Shown here one piece after another: positions 31,786 to 41,376 of a DNA stretch of 64,000 bases. The stretch covers positions 9,199 through 73,198 of the forward strand of contig JBBATH010000009.1 in the NCBI GenBank assembly GCA_040398845.1, given 5' to 3'. The position numbers were made by a program, and so were the translations under genes. The stretch is from Candidatus Nanopelagicales bacterium (GTDB taxonomy: Bacteria; Actinomycetota; Actinomycetes; S36-B12). The stretch's first letter is position 1. Each line of letters begins with the position of its first letter. The notes below the pieces were generated by a model. It worked only from the letters and a program-made list of their open reading frames with translations. It was not told where the DNA came from and ran no database searches.

Positions 31786-32775
31786 TCACCGTTCCGCTGA
31801 ATCCTCATGCCCGCCCGTGAGTCGTCCCGCATGCGCGGTTGCCGTCGGATCCTTGCGGACCTTCAGCCACGATGCGATGACCACGACGACGAGCACAACG
31901 GCGATGACACCGAGTGATACCTCCGTCGAGATCTTCGGCACGCTTGGGAACTGCTCGTGGAAGAACGTGAGGACAAGCTTGACGCCGATGAAGACAAGGA
32001 TGATTGCGAGGCCCGTTGAGAGGTAGACGAGTTTGTCGAGCAATCCCTTGAGAAGGAAGTACAACGCCCGCAGGCCGAGCAGCGCGAATGCGTTCGCGGT
32101 GAAGACGAGGTAAGGGTCCTGCGTGACGCCAAATGTCGCCGGTATCGAATCGAGTGCGAAGAGAAGGTCGGTGGCACCGATCGAGATCATGACAAGCAGG
32201 AGCGGGGTCGCCACCCGACGTGCGTCAACTCTGGTGAACATTCGCGTGCCGTCGTACTCGTCCGTGAACGGAACTCGGGCCCTGACACGTCGAATGATGA
32301 AGTTGTCCATCGGGTCGGGATCTTCATTGCGGTGGCGGGCGAGCTGGATCCCGGTCCAGATAAGGATCGCTCCAAAGATCACGAAGGTGAAAGCGAATGC
32401 CGAAATGGCTGCCGCGCCGATCGCGATGAAGATCGCGCGGAAGACGAGAGCGAGCACAACACCGAAGAGCAGCACTCGCTGGTGAAGTGCGGATGGAACA
32501 GCGAATTGCGCAAGGATGATGATGAAGACGAACAGGTTGTCGACGCTCAGCGACTTCTCGACGAGGTACGCCGCGAAGTACTCGGTCCCGACCGCGTTCC
32601 CCTGCCACACAATAAGCGCGATACCGAAAGCGATGGCGACGCCGACGTAGAACACTGACCAGAGTGCAGCCTCGCGGAACTTCACTTCATGAGGCTTGCG
32701 GCTCACCATCACGAAATCGAGGGCGATAAGCAGGAGAATACCCACGACCGTTACGGCCCACAGGGTGATTGACAA
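31786..32775 (-). CDS. TerC family integral membrane protein (paralog 2)
   Basis: Polytopic protein with the TerC signature [15 protein letters not shown] and a second half with [34 protein letters not shown] start 1 nt after the paralog-1 stop. Confidence 0.88.
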   Translation of the reverse strand: MSITLWAVTVVGILLLIALDFVMVSRKPHEVKFREAALWSVFYVGVAIAFGIALIVWQGNAVGTEYFAAYLVEKSLSVDNLFVFIIILAQFAVPSALHQRVLLFGVVLALVFRAIFIAIGAAAISAFAFTFVIFGAILIWTGIQLARHRNEDPDPMDNFIIRRVRARVPFTDEYDGTRMFTRVDARRVATPLLLVMISIGATDLLFALDSIPATFGVTQDPYLVFTANAFALLGLRALYFLLKGLLDKLVYLSTGLAIILVFIGVKLVLTFFHEQFPSVPKISTEVSLGVIAVVLVVVVIASWLKVRKDPTATAHAGRLTGGHEDSAER

Positions 32776-32776
32776 T

Positions 32777-33727
32777 TTAGGACTCCTTCGTTGAACGTGC
32801 TGATGCGTAACTCAAAATGATGGTGATGGCGAGCACCGTGACGATCACGGCGAGGGACATCCAGACCGGGATAACGGGTACCGGTAGCGCTGTCGTCTCG
32901 TGGATCGCCTGCAGGATCAGCTTGAATCCGATGAATCCGAGGATGATCGCGAGTCCCTTGCCGAGGTGCTTCAGGCTACCGAGCAGGCCCTTGAGTAGGA
33001 AGAAGAGTTGGCGTAGGCCCATGAGTGCGAAGGCATTCGCGGTGAACACAATGTAGGCCTCGCTGGTAATCCCGAAGACCGCCGGGATGCTGTCGAGGGC
33101 GAAGAGAAGATCAGTAGTACCAATCGCGAGCATGACAAGCGCCATCGGCGTGAGCATCCGATGGCCCGCGACGACCGCTGTCAGCCTCGTCCCATTGAAC
33201 TCGGTCGATGTCGGGAACCGCCTCGCCACGAAACGGACAAGGCCATTGCCCCCCGAGTCAGGCTCGGCATCTTCCTTGGCAAGCCAAACCTTCCATGCGG
33301 TGAAGAGAAGGAAGGCCCCGAACAGGTAGAAGATGCCGGAGAACCGCGCGATCAGCTCCGCACCGACGACGATGAGGATGCCGCGCAGGATGAGGGCGAT
33401 AACGATGCCGACGAGGAGCACGCGATGCTGATAGGCGGCAGGCACCGCGAACGAGGTCATGATGACGAGGAAGACAAACAGGTTGTCGACGCTCAGGGAG
33501 TACTCGGTGAGGTAGCCGGCGATGAACTCTCCCGAGTAGGCGATACCGAAATACCAGCCGATGAACACGGCAAACAGCGCTGCGAGCCCAACGTAGAAGA
33601 TGACCCACCGGGTCGCCTCCTTGGGACCGAAGGGGTGTGGACGCCGGTCGACGATCACCAGGTCGAGTGTGATGACCCCGATGATTCCGATGAGCGTTAC
33701 CGCCCACAACCATGCCGGAACGTTCAC
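32777..33727 (-). CDS. TerC family integral membrane protein (paralog 1)
   Basis: [15 protein letters not shown] and [31 protein letters not shown]. The GTG start forms a GTGA overlap with the uvrB stop (33724-33727). Confidence 0.88.
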   Translation of the reverse strand: MNVPAWLWAVTLIGIIGVITLDLVIVDRRPHPFGPKEATRWVIFYVGLAALFAVFIGWYFGIAYSGEFIAGYLTEYSLSVDNLFVFLVIMTSFAVPAAYQHRVLLVGIVIALILRGILIVVGAELIARFSGIFYLFGAFLLFTAWKVWLAKEDAEPDSGGNGLVRFVARRFPTSTEFNGTRLTAVVAGHRMLTPMALVMLAIGTTDLLFALDSIPAVFGITSEAYIVFTANAFALMGLRQLFFLLKGLLGSLKHLGKGLAIILGFIGFKLILQAIHETTALPVPVIPVWMSLAVIVTVLAITIILSYASARSTKES

Positions 33728-35784
33728 GACCCCTGACCTTCCCTCATGCCCCGTAGTTCTCGCTTGAGGTCGCCCACCTCATCGCGTAGTCGGGCAGCAA
33801 GCTCGAACTGCAGTTCGCTGGCTGCATGATGCATCTGAGCGGTGAGGTCATCGATGAGTGTCACGAGTTCATCCTGTGCCTTTGGTCTGCGCCGATGAGA
33901 ACCGTCGGCCGCAGCCGTCTCCTGCATGAGCGCGGCGGTATCGGCATCCTCCCGCGCAAGGAGGTCGGTGATGTCGGCGATCTTCTTCCGAAGCGGTTGC
34001 GGGTCGACCCCGTGCGCAACGTTATAGGCAACCTGCTTGGCACGGCGCCTCGTTGTCTCGTCAATTGCCCGCTCCATCGAGGGAGTGATCTTGTCGGCGT
34101 ACATGTGCACCTGGCCAGACACATTGCGCGCCGCGCGGCCAATTGTCTGGATAAGCGAGGTCTCCGAGCGAAGGAAGCCCTCTTTGTCGGCATCGAGGAT
34201 CGCAACGAGCGACACCTCAGGGAGATCAAGGCCCTCCCTGAGCAGGTTGATGCCGACGAGGACGTCGAATACGCCCATACGGAGTTCTCGCAGCAGTTCA
34301 ACACGCCGAAGGGTGTCGACCTCTGAATGGAGGTACTGCACCCGTATCCCATTCTCGAGGAGGTAGTCAGTGAGGTCCTCAGCCATTCGCTTCGTGAGCG
34401 TCGTGACGAGGACACGCTCGTTCCGTGCTGCCCTCTGCTTGATCTCGTCCATGAGATCGTCAATTTGCCCCTTGGAAGGCTTGACGATGATTTCAGGATC
34501 CACGAGACCCGTTGGCCGAATCACCTGCTCGACGAACTCGCCCCCGACCCGGCCAAGCTCATATGGACCCGGCGTGGCCGACAGGTACATCGTCTGGCCC
34601 ACCCGCTCCACGAACTCGTCCCAGCGCAGTGGCCGGTTATCCATCGCACTTGGAAGCCGAAATCCGTGATCGACAAGCGTGCGCTTGCGACTCATGTCGC
34701 CCTCGTACATTGCGCCGATCTGTGGCACCGTTACATGAGACTCGTCGATCACGAGGAGGAAGTCCTCTGGGAAGTAGTCGATGAGGCAGTTTGGGGCGCT
34801 CCCCTGCTCACGGCCGTCGATATGCCGTGAGTAGTTCTCAATACCTGCGCAGGATCCCACCTGTCTCATCATCTCGATGTCGTACGTGGTCCGCATCCGC
34901 AACCGTTGCGCCTCGAGCAACTTGCCTTGGGTCTCAAACTCGGCAAGCCGCTGCTCAAGTTCGGCCTCGATGCCTGCAACCGCCCGATCCATCCGCTCCG
35001 GACCAGCCACATAGTGCGTCGCCGGAAAGATGTATATCTCCTTGTCTTCGGTGAGGATCTCCCCGGTTACCGGGTGCAGCGACATGAGTCGCTCGATCTC
35101 GTCTCCGAACATCTCGATCCGGATGGGGTGCTCCTCGTACACCGGGAACACCTCCACGGTGTCGCCGCGCACCCGGAAGGTCCCGCGCTGAAAGCTGATG
35201 TCGTTCCGGGTGTACTGAATATCGACGAACCTTCGAAGGAGCACATCACGCTCGATCGACTCTCCGATTCTGAGCCGGACCATCCGATCGACATACTCCT
35301 GGGGCGTGCCGAGGCCATAGATCGCCGACACGCTCGCCACGACGATGACGTCGCGCCTCGTCAGCAGGCTGTTCGTCGCAGAGTGACGCAGTCGCTCAAC
35401 CTCCTCGTTGATCGACGAGTCCTTCTCGATGAAGGTGTCGCTCTGCGGGATGTAGGCCTCGGGCTGGTAGTAGTCGTAATACGAGACGAAATACTCGACT
35501 GCATTGTTGGGGAGAAGTTCCTTGAACTCCGAGGTCAACTGTGCGGCAAGGGTCTTGTTCGGTGCCATGACAAGGGTCGGCCGCTGCAGTTCCTCGACAA
35601 GCCACGCCGTTGTAGCGCTCTTGCCGGTGCCGGTCGCGCCAAGTAGGACGGTGTCTTGTTCGCCGGCCCGGATGCGCTTGGCGAGGGCAGCGATAGCCGC
35701 CGGTTGGTCACCGGACGGCTCGAAGGGAGCTTTGACCTCGAAGGGGGCGACCCGTCGTTGAAGGTCGGTCACCGGCCTCGTCAT
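33724..35784 (-). CDS. uvrB: excinuclease ABC subunit B
   Basis: 686 aa, with GATGTGKS Walker A, DESH box (VIDESHVT), helicase motifs and a C-terminal UVR domain ([14 protein letters not shown]). Confidence 0.98.
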   Translation of the reverse strand: MTRPVTDLQRRVAPFEVKAPFEPSGDQPAAIAALAKRIRAGEQDTVLLGATGTGKSATTAWLVEELQRPTLVMAPNKTLAAQLTSEFKELLPNNAVEYFVSYYDYYQPEAYIPQSDTFIEKDSSINEEVERLRHSATNSLLTRRDVIVVASVSAIYGLGTPQEYVDRMVRLRIGESIERDVLLRRFVDIQYTRNDISFQRGTFRVRGDTVEVFPVYEEHPIRIEMFGDEIERLMSLHPVTGEILTEDKEIYIFPATHYVAGPERMDRAVAGIEAELEQRLAEFETQGKLLEAQRLRMRTTYDIEMMRQVGSCAGIENYSRHIDGREQGSAPNCLIDYFPEDFLLVIDESHVTVPQIGAMYEGDMSRKRTLVDHGFRLPSAMDNRPLRWDEFVERVGQTMYLSATPGPYELGRVGGEFVEQVIRPTGLVDPEIIVKPSKGQIDDLMDEIKQRAARNERVLVTTLTKRMAEDLTDYLLENGIRVQYLHSEVDTLRRVELLRELRMGVFDVLVGINLLREGLDLPEVSLVAILDADKEGFLRSETSLIQTIGRAARNVSGQVHMYADKITPSMERAIDETTRRRAKQVAYNVAHGVDPQPLRKKIADITDLLAREDADTAALMQETAAADGSHRRRPKAQDELVTLIDDLTAQMHHAASELQFELAARLRDEVGDLKRELRGMREGQGS

Positions 35785-35788
35785 GTCA

Positions 35789-36379
35789 TCACACTACGGC
35801 CTGAAGCTCATCCCAGATTCCACGCACCTGTCGCTCCGTGGCACGCAAGGAGCCCGAGTTGTCGATGACGAAGTCCGCCTCGGTCACCCGTAGCGAACGG
35901 GACACCTGCACCCCCATGCGCCGCCGCACATCCTCCTCGTCCAAGCCGCGTCCGACAGCACGCTTGACCTGTAGCGCCTCGGGAACGTCAACGACAACAA
36001 CCACATCGACCAATTGCGCCTGATCAGTCTCCAAGAGCAATGGCATGTCGTAGAGCACGACACCCGATGAAGCAGCAGCCGCCAGCCTGCGCTCGCTCTC
36101 GACCCTGATAAGGGGGTGCATGATCGCGTTGAGCCGCTCCGTCGCGGTCCGATCCTGAAAGGCAATGTTCGCGAGTTCACTGCGTCGAAGTGAGCCGTCA
36201 GGGGCGATGATCCCCTCTCCGAACTCGTCGACGAGTGCGTGCAGCGCGGGCTGGCCCGGTTCGACGAGTTCACGCGAGATCGCATCGGCGTCGATCACGA
36301 CAGCTCCGAGTGTGGCGAACATTTCGGCGACCGTCGACTTGCCGGAGCCGATACCGCCGGTGAGACCGATTTTCATCAC
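35789..36379 (-). CDS. coaE: dephospho-CoA kinase
   Basis: [17 protein letters not shown]-loop, 196 aa, conserved position between rpsA and uvrB. Confidence 0.93.
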   Translation of the reverse strand: MMKIGLTGGIGSGKSTVAEMFATLGAVVIDADAISRELVEPGQPALHALVDEFGEGIIAPDGSLRRSELANIAFQDRTATERLNAIMHPLIRVESERRLAAAASSGVVLYDMPLLLETDQAQLVDVVVVVDVPEALQVKRAVGRGLDEEDVRRRMGVQVSRSLRVTEADFVIDNSGSLRATERQVRGIWDELQAVV

Positions 36380-36405
36380 CGCCTCACCCTACCGACCCCG
36401 TAAAC

Positions 36406-36450
36406 GCACGCAGGCGGCCACCGACCCAAAGTCGGCGCCCGCCTGCGTGC
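36406..36450 (-). terminator. compound stem-loop downstream of rpsA (12-bp perfect outer stem plus 5-bp inner stem)
   Basis: GCACGCAGGCGG (36406-36417) pairs perfectly with CCGCCTGCGTGC (36439-36450). The inner stem is CCGAC/GTCGG. On the minus strand it is followed by GTTTAC. Confidence 0.55.
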
Positions 36451-36466
36451 TGCGACTCTTCGGGGA

Positions 36467-37924
36467 CTAGTCCCCGGCAAGCTTGTCGCGAAGTGCCTGA
36501 AGTGCTTCGTCCGAGGCCAAAGCTCCCTCGCCATCATTCGACTCACTCGAGTAAGACGACACGTTCTCGCCCGACTCCAGTGCGGCCGCCTGATCTGCGC
36601 TGCGCGCCTCGTCGATTTGCTTGCGATGGGCCTCCCAGCGCGAGTGAGCCTCGGAGTACTCCTTCTCCCACTGCGCACGCTGGTCCTCGAAATCGGCCTT
36701 CCACTCGCCAGTCTCAGGGTCGAAGCCCTCCGGACCGACGTAGCCGCCAGCCTCATCGAATGCTGGCGCCATGCCGTAGAGGTACGGATCGAACTCCTCG
36801 ACCGCCTGTGCATCGGAGGAGTCGTTTGCCTGCTTGAGCGAAAGCGAGATGCGCCGGCGCTCGAGGTCAATATCGATCACCTTGACGAAGATGTCGTCAT
36901 TGACCTGAACGATCTGCTCCGGAAGCTCAATGTGACGCTCGGCCAACTCCGAGATGTGGACGAGGCCTTCGATGCCCTCGTCGACGCGCACGAAGGCGCC
37001 AAACGGCACGAGCTTGGTGACCTTGCCGGGAACGACCTGACTGATCGCGTGCGTCCGAGCGAAGTGCTGCCACGGATCCTCCTGCGTCGCCTTGAGCGAC
37101 AATGACACTCGCTCGCGGTCCATGTCGACGTCGAGCACCTCGACGGTGACCTCCTGGCCCACCTCGACCACCTCGGACGGGTGATCGATGTGCTTCCACG
37201 AGAGCTCAGAAACGTGGACGAGGCCGTCGACGCCACCGAGGTCGACGAAGGCCCCGAAGTTAACGATGGACGAGACGACGCCGGTGCGGATCTGCCCCTT
37301 CTGAAGCTGCTTGAGGAAGGTGTTGCGCACCTCGCTCTGGGTCTGCTCGAGCCAAGCGCGACGCGAGAGCACGACGTTGTTCCGGTTCTTGTCGAGCTCA
37401 ATGATCTTCGCCTCGAGCACCTTGCCGACATACGGCTGCAGGTCGCGGACCCGGCGCATCTCGACAAGGGATGCCGGGAGGAAGCCGCGCAGACCGATGT
37501 CGATGATGAGACCACCCTTCACGACCTCAATGACCATGCCTTCGACGACGCCGTCCTCGTCCTTGACCTTCTCGATCGTGCCCCACGCACGCTCGTACTG
37601 GGCGCGCTTTTTAGACAGGATCAGCCGGCCTTCCTTGTCCTCCTTCTGAAGGACGAGGGCCTCAACGTGGTCACCCACGGAGACAACCTGGCTGGGATCG
37701 ACATCATGCTTGATCGACAGTTCGCGAGAGGGGATGACACCCTCGGTCTTGTAACCGATGTCGAGGAGGACCTCGTCGCGGTCAACCTTGACGATGATGC
37801 CTTCGACGATGTCGCCGTCATTGAAGAACTTGATGGTCGCATCGATTGCGGCGAGGAAGTCTTCCTCTGAGCCGATGTCGTTGATGGCGACCTGAGCGGG
37901 GATTGCGCGAGTGATTACGGTCAT
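36467..37924 (-). CDS. rpsA: 30S ribosomal protein S1
   Basis: 485 aa with four S1 OB-fold repeats (for example GDIVEGIIVKVD, GVVEGMVIEVVKGGLIIDI, GQIRTGVVSSIVNFGAFVDL, VVPGKVTKLVPFGAFVRV) and an acidic C-terminal tail. Confidence 0.97.
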   Translation of the reverse strand: MTVITRAIPAQVAINDIGSEEDFLAAIDATIKFFNDGDIVEGIIVKVDRDEVLLDIGYKTEGVIPSRELSIKHDVDPSQVVSVGDHVEALVLQKEDKEGRLILSKKRAQYERAWGTIEKVKDEDGVVEGMVIEVVKGGLIIDIGLRGFLPASLVEMRRVRDLQPYVGKVLEAKIIELDKNRNNVVLSRRAWLEQTQSEVRNTFLKQLQKGQIRTGVVSSIVNFGAFVDLGGVDGLVHVSELSWKHIDHPSEVVEVGQEVTVEVLDVDMDRERVSLSLKATQEDPWQHFARTHAISQVVPGKVTKLVPFGAFVRVDEGIEGLVHISELAERHIELPEQIVQVNDDIFVKVIDIDLERRRISLSLKQANDSSDAQAVEEFDPYLYGMAPAFDEAGGYVGPEGFDPETGEWKADFEDQRAQWEKEYSEAHSRWEAHRKQIDEARSADQAAALESGENVSSYSSESNDGEGALASDEALQALRDKLAGD

Positions 37925-38067
37925 TGAGTAGGGAATCCGATGGATAGAAGGAGTGCTCCGCGGGCGCGCAGCCTCCCAAGACTACGCCCATGCCCCACGC
38001 CCGGTCATCTCGGGTGAGCCGGGTCCCACGCCGCCTCCGACTTCGACCCGTCATTGCTTGTCGCCTT

Positions 38068-40713
38068 CTAGTGAGCGGCCTCATGCCACGACGATCCGAG
38101 ACCCACCGATACATCAAGGGGGACCGTGAGGTCGCCTGCACTCGCCATCGCTGATCGCACGAGCGTCTCGACCCGATCCGCCTCGCCTGTAGCCACCTCG
38201 AGCACGAGCTCATCATGAACCTGCAGGAGAATCCGGCTGCGAAGGCCGGCCGCCCGGATACCCTCCTCGACACCGAGCATGGCGATCTTCATGATGTCCG
38301 CTGCCGTGCCTTGGATCGGCGCATTGAGTGCCATGCGCTCGGCCATTTCGCGACGCTGGCGGTTATCACTGTTGAGGTCGGGTAGGTACCTGCGACGTCC
38401 GAACATGGTCTGCGTGTAGCCGGTGCCTCGTGCCTCCACCACGACCTTGGCCAAGTAGTCGCGGACCCCGCCGAATCGTGTGAAGTACTCCTCCATGAGG
38501 AGCCTCGCCTCCTCCGGCGAGATACCGAGTTGCTGCGACAGGCCATACGCAGACAGGCCATAGGCAAGGCCGTATGACATCGCCTTAATCCGGCGGCGCA
38601 TCTCGGCATCGACAGCAGCGGCCGGCACACCAAAGACTTGGCTCGCGACGGTCGTGTGGAGGTCCTCGCCGCTCTGGAATGCGGCGATGAGCCCAGCATC
38701 TGCTGAAGCATGCGCCATGATCCGCATTTCGATCTGACTGTAATCGGCCGTCATGAGCGACTCGAATCCCTCGCCCACGATGAAGCAGGCTCTAATGCGC
38801 CGACCCTCGTCGGTGCGCACCGGAATGTTCTGCAGGTTCGGGTCGGCGCTCGAGAGTCGTCCGGTTGCAGCGACGGTCTGATTGAACGTCGTGTGGATTC
38901 GATGGGTAACGTCCGCGAGCGGCACGAGACCTTCAACCGTCTGTCGCAGCTTTGATCTGTCGCGCCACAGGAGAAGCTGTTCGAGCAACGGATCCCTGGT
39001 CTGGGCGAAGAGCGACTGGAGCGCATCGGCATCGGTCGTGTATCCGGTCTTGATCTTTTTCGTCTTCGGCAGTCCGCGCTCATTGAAGAGGATCTCCTGG
39101 AGCTGCTTCGGCGAACCGAGGTTGAACGGGCGGCCCACGAGCTCGTGGGCCATCTCCTCCGCCTGCCGCATCGACTCACCGAACTCCGCTGATAGGCCGC
39201 GGAGGCCCGCCATATCCACGGCGATCCCATCGTGCTCCATCTGGGCGAGGAGTCCAGTGAGGGGAATCTCCATGTCGACGAGCAGGGACCCGACGCCCTC
39301 CGCATCGATGACCGCGCCAAGGGCACCGACGAGCTCGCTGATCGCCAGCGCCTGCTGGGCCAGATCCTGGTGGGCGACCTCCGACCCCTCGTCGAAGGTC
39401 AGCTGATCCGCCACGGACTCGACTGTGAGGGAGCGGTGGAGTACCCGGTGCACGACATCGGGGAGCGCATATGAGCGCTGCTCTGGCGCCGCGAGATAGG
39501 CCGCAAGCGCGGTGTCCATGACGAGTCCCTCGATGGTCCCACCAGCCGCAATCACCGCGAGGGCGGGGCCCTTGACGTCGTGCCCCTGCTTGGGAATGTC
39601 AGGGTTCGCTAGCCACCCAAGGAGGGCTGCGGCGGACAGCGGCTCGTCGCACTCGATGACGCCCGCCACGCCGAGGCCATCGATGATGCAGGCGGCATCT
39701 AGCTCCCCAGTCCCCCGGCCCCATCTACCAGCGAAGGCGATTGAGCAGGGATTATTCAGTGAGTCCAACCACCCGGCCACTTTGGCGGGCTCGATCACCG
39801 GCGCCTCGAGTCGTGGGGTCTCGACAATGGGCGGAGCACCACCAAGGTCCTGAGCCAGCAGTCGCTCCCGCAGGGCGCGGAACTGCAGGGTGTCGAAGAG
39901 CTGGTCGACCGCGGGGATATCCCAGGGACCTCGGACGCATTCACGCAGGTCAACTTCGATGGGCACATCGGCCCTCAGCTGGGTCAGGCGCCGGTTCGTC
40001 ATCACCTGATCAAGGCAGGCGCGCAGGGCTTCACCGGCCTTGCCCTTCACCTCACCGACGCGATCGATAAGTCCGTCGAGGGATCCATATTCCTGAATCC
40101 ACTTCGCGGCAGTCTTCTCCCCAACTCCAGGGATACCAGGCAGGTTGTCGCTGGGATCGCCGCGGAGTGCTGCGTAGTCCGGGTACTGCGTCGGGGTTAA
40201 CCCGTAGCGTTCCTCGACTGATTCTGGTGTCATGCGCGCGAGATCGGACACGCCCTTTTTCGGGTATAGGACGGTCACGTTCCCAGTCACGAGCTGGAAT
40301 GCGTCGCGATCACCGGTGACGATGAGGACGTCGGTGCCGGCCTCGGTCGCCTGTCGGGTGAGCGTCGCGATGATGTCGTCCGCCTCAAATCCGTCGAACG
40401 AGACCGACCTGATGCCCAGGGCCTTGAGGACTTCCTCGATGAGCGCCACCTGCCCCTTGAATTCATCGGGCGATGATGACCTGTTGGCCTTGTACTCCGG
40501 GAACTCTTGGCTGCGGAACGTCTTTCGGGACACGTCGAAGGCGACCACGATCTGGTCGGGTTGCTCGTCACGGAGCACGTTGATGAGCATCGACGTGAAG
40601 CCGTACACAGCATTTGTGGGCTGACCCGTGGTGGTGGAAAAATTCGCGACCGGCAGGGCAAAGAAGGCCCGGTATGCGAGGGAATGTCCATCGAGGAGCA
40701 GTACACGGGTCAC
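38068..40713 (-). CDS. polA: DNA polymerase I
   Basis: 881 aa, with a 5'-nuclease N-terminus (LLLDGHSLAYRAFFAL) and polymerase motifs DYSQIEMRIMAH, RRIKAMSYGLAYG and QVHDELVLEV. Confidence 0.98.
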   Translation of the reverse strand: MTRVLLLDGHSLAYRAFFALPVANFSTTTGQPTNAVYGFTSMLINVLRDEQPDQIVVAFDVSRKTFRSQEFPEYKANRSSSPDEFKGQVALIEEVLKALGIRSVSFDGFEADDIIATLTRQATEAGTDVLIVTGDRDAFQLVTGNVTVLYPKKGVSDLARMTPESVEERYGLTPTQYPDYAALRGDPSDNLPGIPGVGEKTAAKWIQEYGSLDGLIDRVGEVKGKAGEALRACLDQVMTNRRLTQLRADVPIEVDLRECVRGPWDIPAVDQLFDTLQFRALRERLLAQDLGGAPPIVETPRLEAPVIEPAKVAGWLDSLNNPCSIAFAGRWGRGTGELDAACIIDGLGVAGVIECDEPLSAAALLGWLANPDIPKQGHDVKGPALAVIAAGGTIEGLVMDTALAAYLAAPEQRSYALPDVVHRVLHRSLTVESVADQLTFDEGSEVAHQDLAQQALAISELVGALGAVIDAEGVGSLLVDMEIPLTGLLAQMEHDGIAVDMAGLRGLSAEFGESMRQAEEMAHELVGRPFNLGSPKQLQEILFNERGLPKTKKIKTGYTTDADALQSLFAQTRDPLLEQLLLWRDRSKLRQTVEGLVPLADVTHRIHTTFNQTVAATGRLSSADPNLQNIPVRTDEGRRIRACFIVGEGFESLMTADYSQIEMRIMAHASADAGLIAAFQSGEDLHTTVASQVFGVPAAAVDAEMRRRIKAMSYGLAYGLSAYGLSQQLGISPEEARLLMEEYFTRFGGVRDYLAKVVVEARGTGYTQTMFGRRRYLPDLNSDNRQRREMAERMALNAPIQGTAADIMKIAMLGVEEGIRAAGLRSRILLQVHDELVLEVATGEADRVETLVRSAMASAGDLTVPLDVSVGLGSSWHEAAH

Positions 40714-40781
40714 TCCGCGATCCTAGGGCGCGCCCCGCAGCGGCATTCGAACCGCGCTCTCACCTCGCCTAGAGTGGGCCG

Positions 40782-41207
40782 ATGGCCAACGACACGGTGG
40801 AACAGTTCAATGCTGCAAGTGCCGGAGGCCTCGCACAGCGCATGGGGATCGTCGTCACCGCCGCCGAGCAAGGTCGGGTGGAGGCGACCATGCCTGTCGA
40901 GGGGAATACGCAGCCCTACGGCCTGCTGCACGGCGGTGCGAGCGCCGCACTGGCCGAGACCATCGGATCGATTGCGGGCGCAATCCACGCGGGCCCTAGC
41001 CGAATGATCGTCGGCGTTGACCTCTCATGCACCCATCACCGGGCGGTTCGGAGCGGAATGGTGACCGGCATCGCCACCGCACTGCATGAGGGAGGGACCG
41101 TGGCGACCTACGCAATCCGTATTGCTGACGAGGACGATCGACTCGTGTGCACGGCGCGCCTGACCTGCCTCGTACGCCCCCTTCCGGCCAAAAAAACTGG
41201 CCAGTAA
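40782..41207 (+). CDS. PaaI/YbdB-type hotdog-fold thioesterase
   Basis: 141 aa, with GLLHGGASAALAETIGS characteristic of the PaaI family. Confidence 0.8.
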   Translation: MANDTVEQFNAASAGGLAQRMGIVVTAAEQGRVEATMPVEGNTQPYGLLHGGASAALAETIGSIAGAIHAGPSRMIVGVDLSCTHHRAVRSGMVTGIATALHEGGTVATYAIRIADEDDRLVCTARLTCLVRPLPAKKTGQ

Positions 41208-41376
41208 CATCGTTGCCGCACCTCCATCGTCGATTCTGGTTATGCTGCCGAAATCTTCGAATGAACGCGCGATGAACGATGTCCATGAGCACGAATGCTG
41301 TGAGGAGGGGTCTGTGCCAGGAGGCTTCCAGTTGATGACTGGATCCAAGAGCGAGGGCGGCGGGATGAGGAGTCCG

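Noticed and set aside
33724-33727. yybP-ykoY (Mn) riboswitch upstream of the TerC genes
   Set aside because: The first terC start overlaps the uvrB stop, and the second starts 1 nt after the first. No leader exists that could hold a riboswitch.
41208-41376. Riboswitch, T-box or leader peptide in the 169-nt region upstream of livH
   Set aside because: Only short hairpins were seen (CCAGT-TGATG-ACTGG, AGCA-CGAA-TGCT). A -35/-10-like pair (TTGCCG / TATGCT) has 22-nt spacing, which is too long. Nothing here is supportable by eye.
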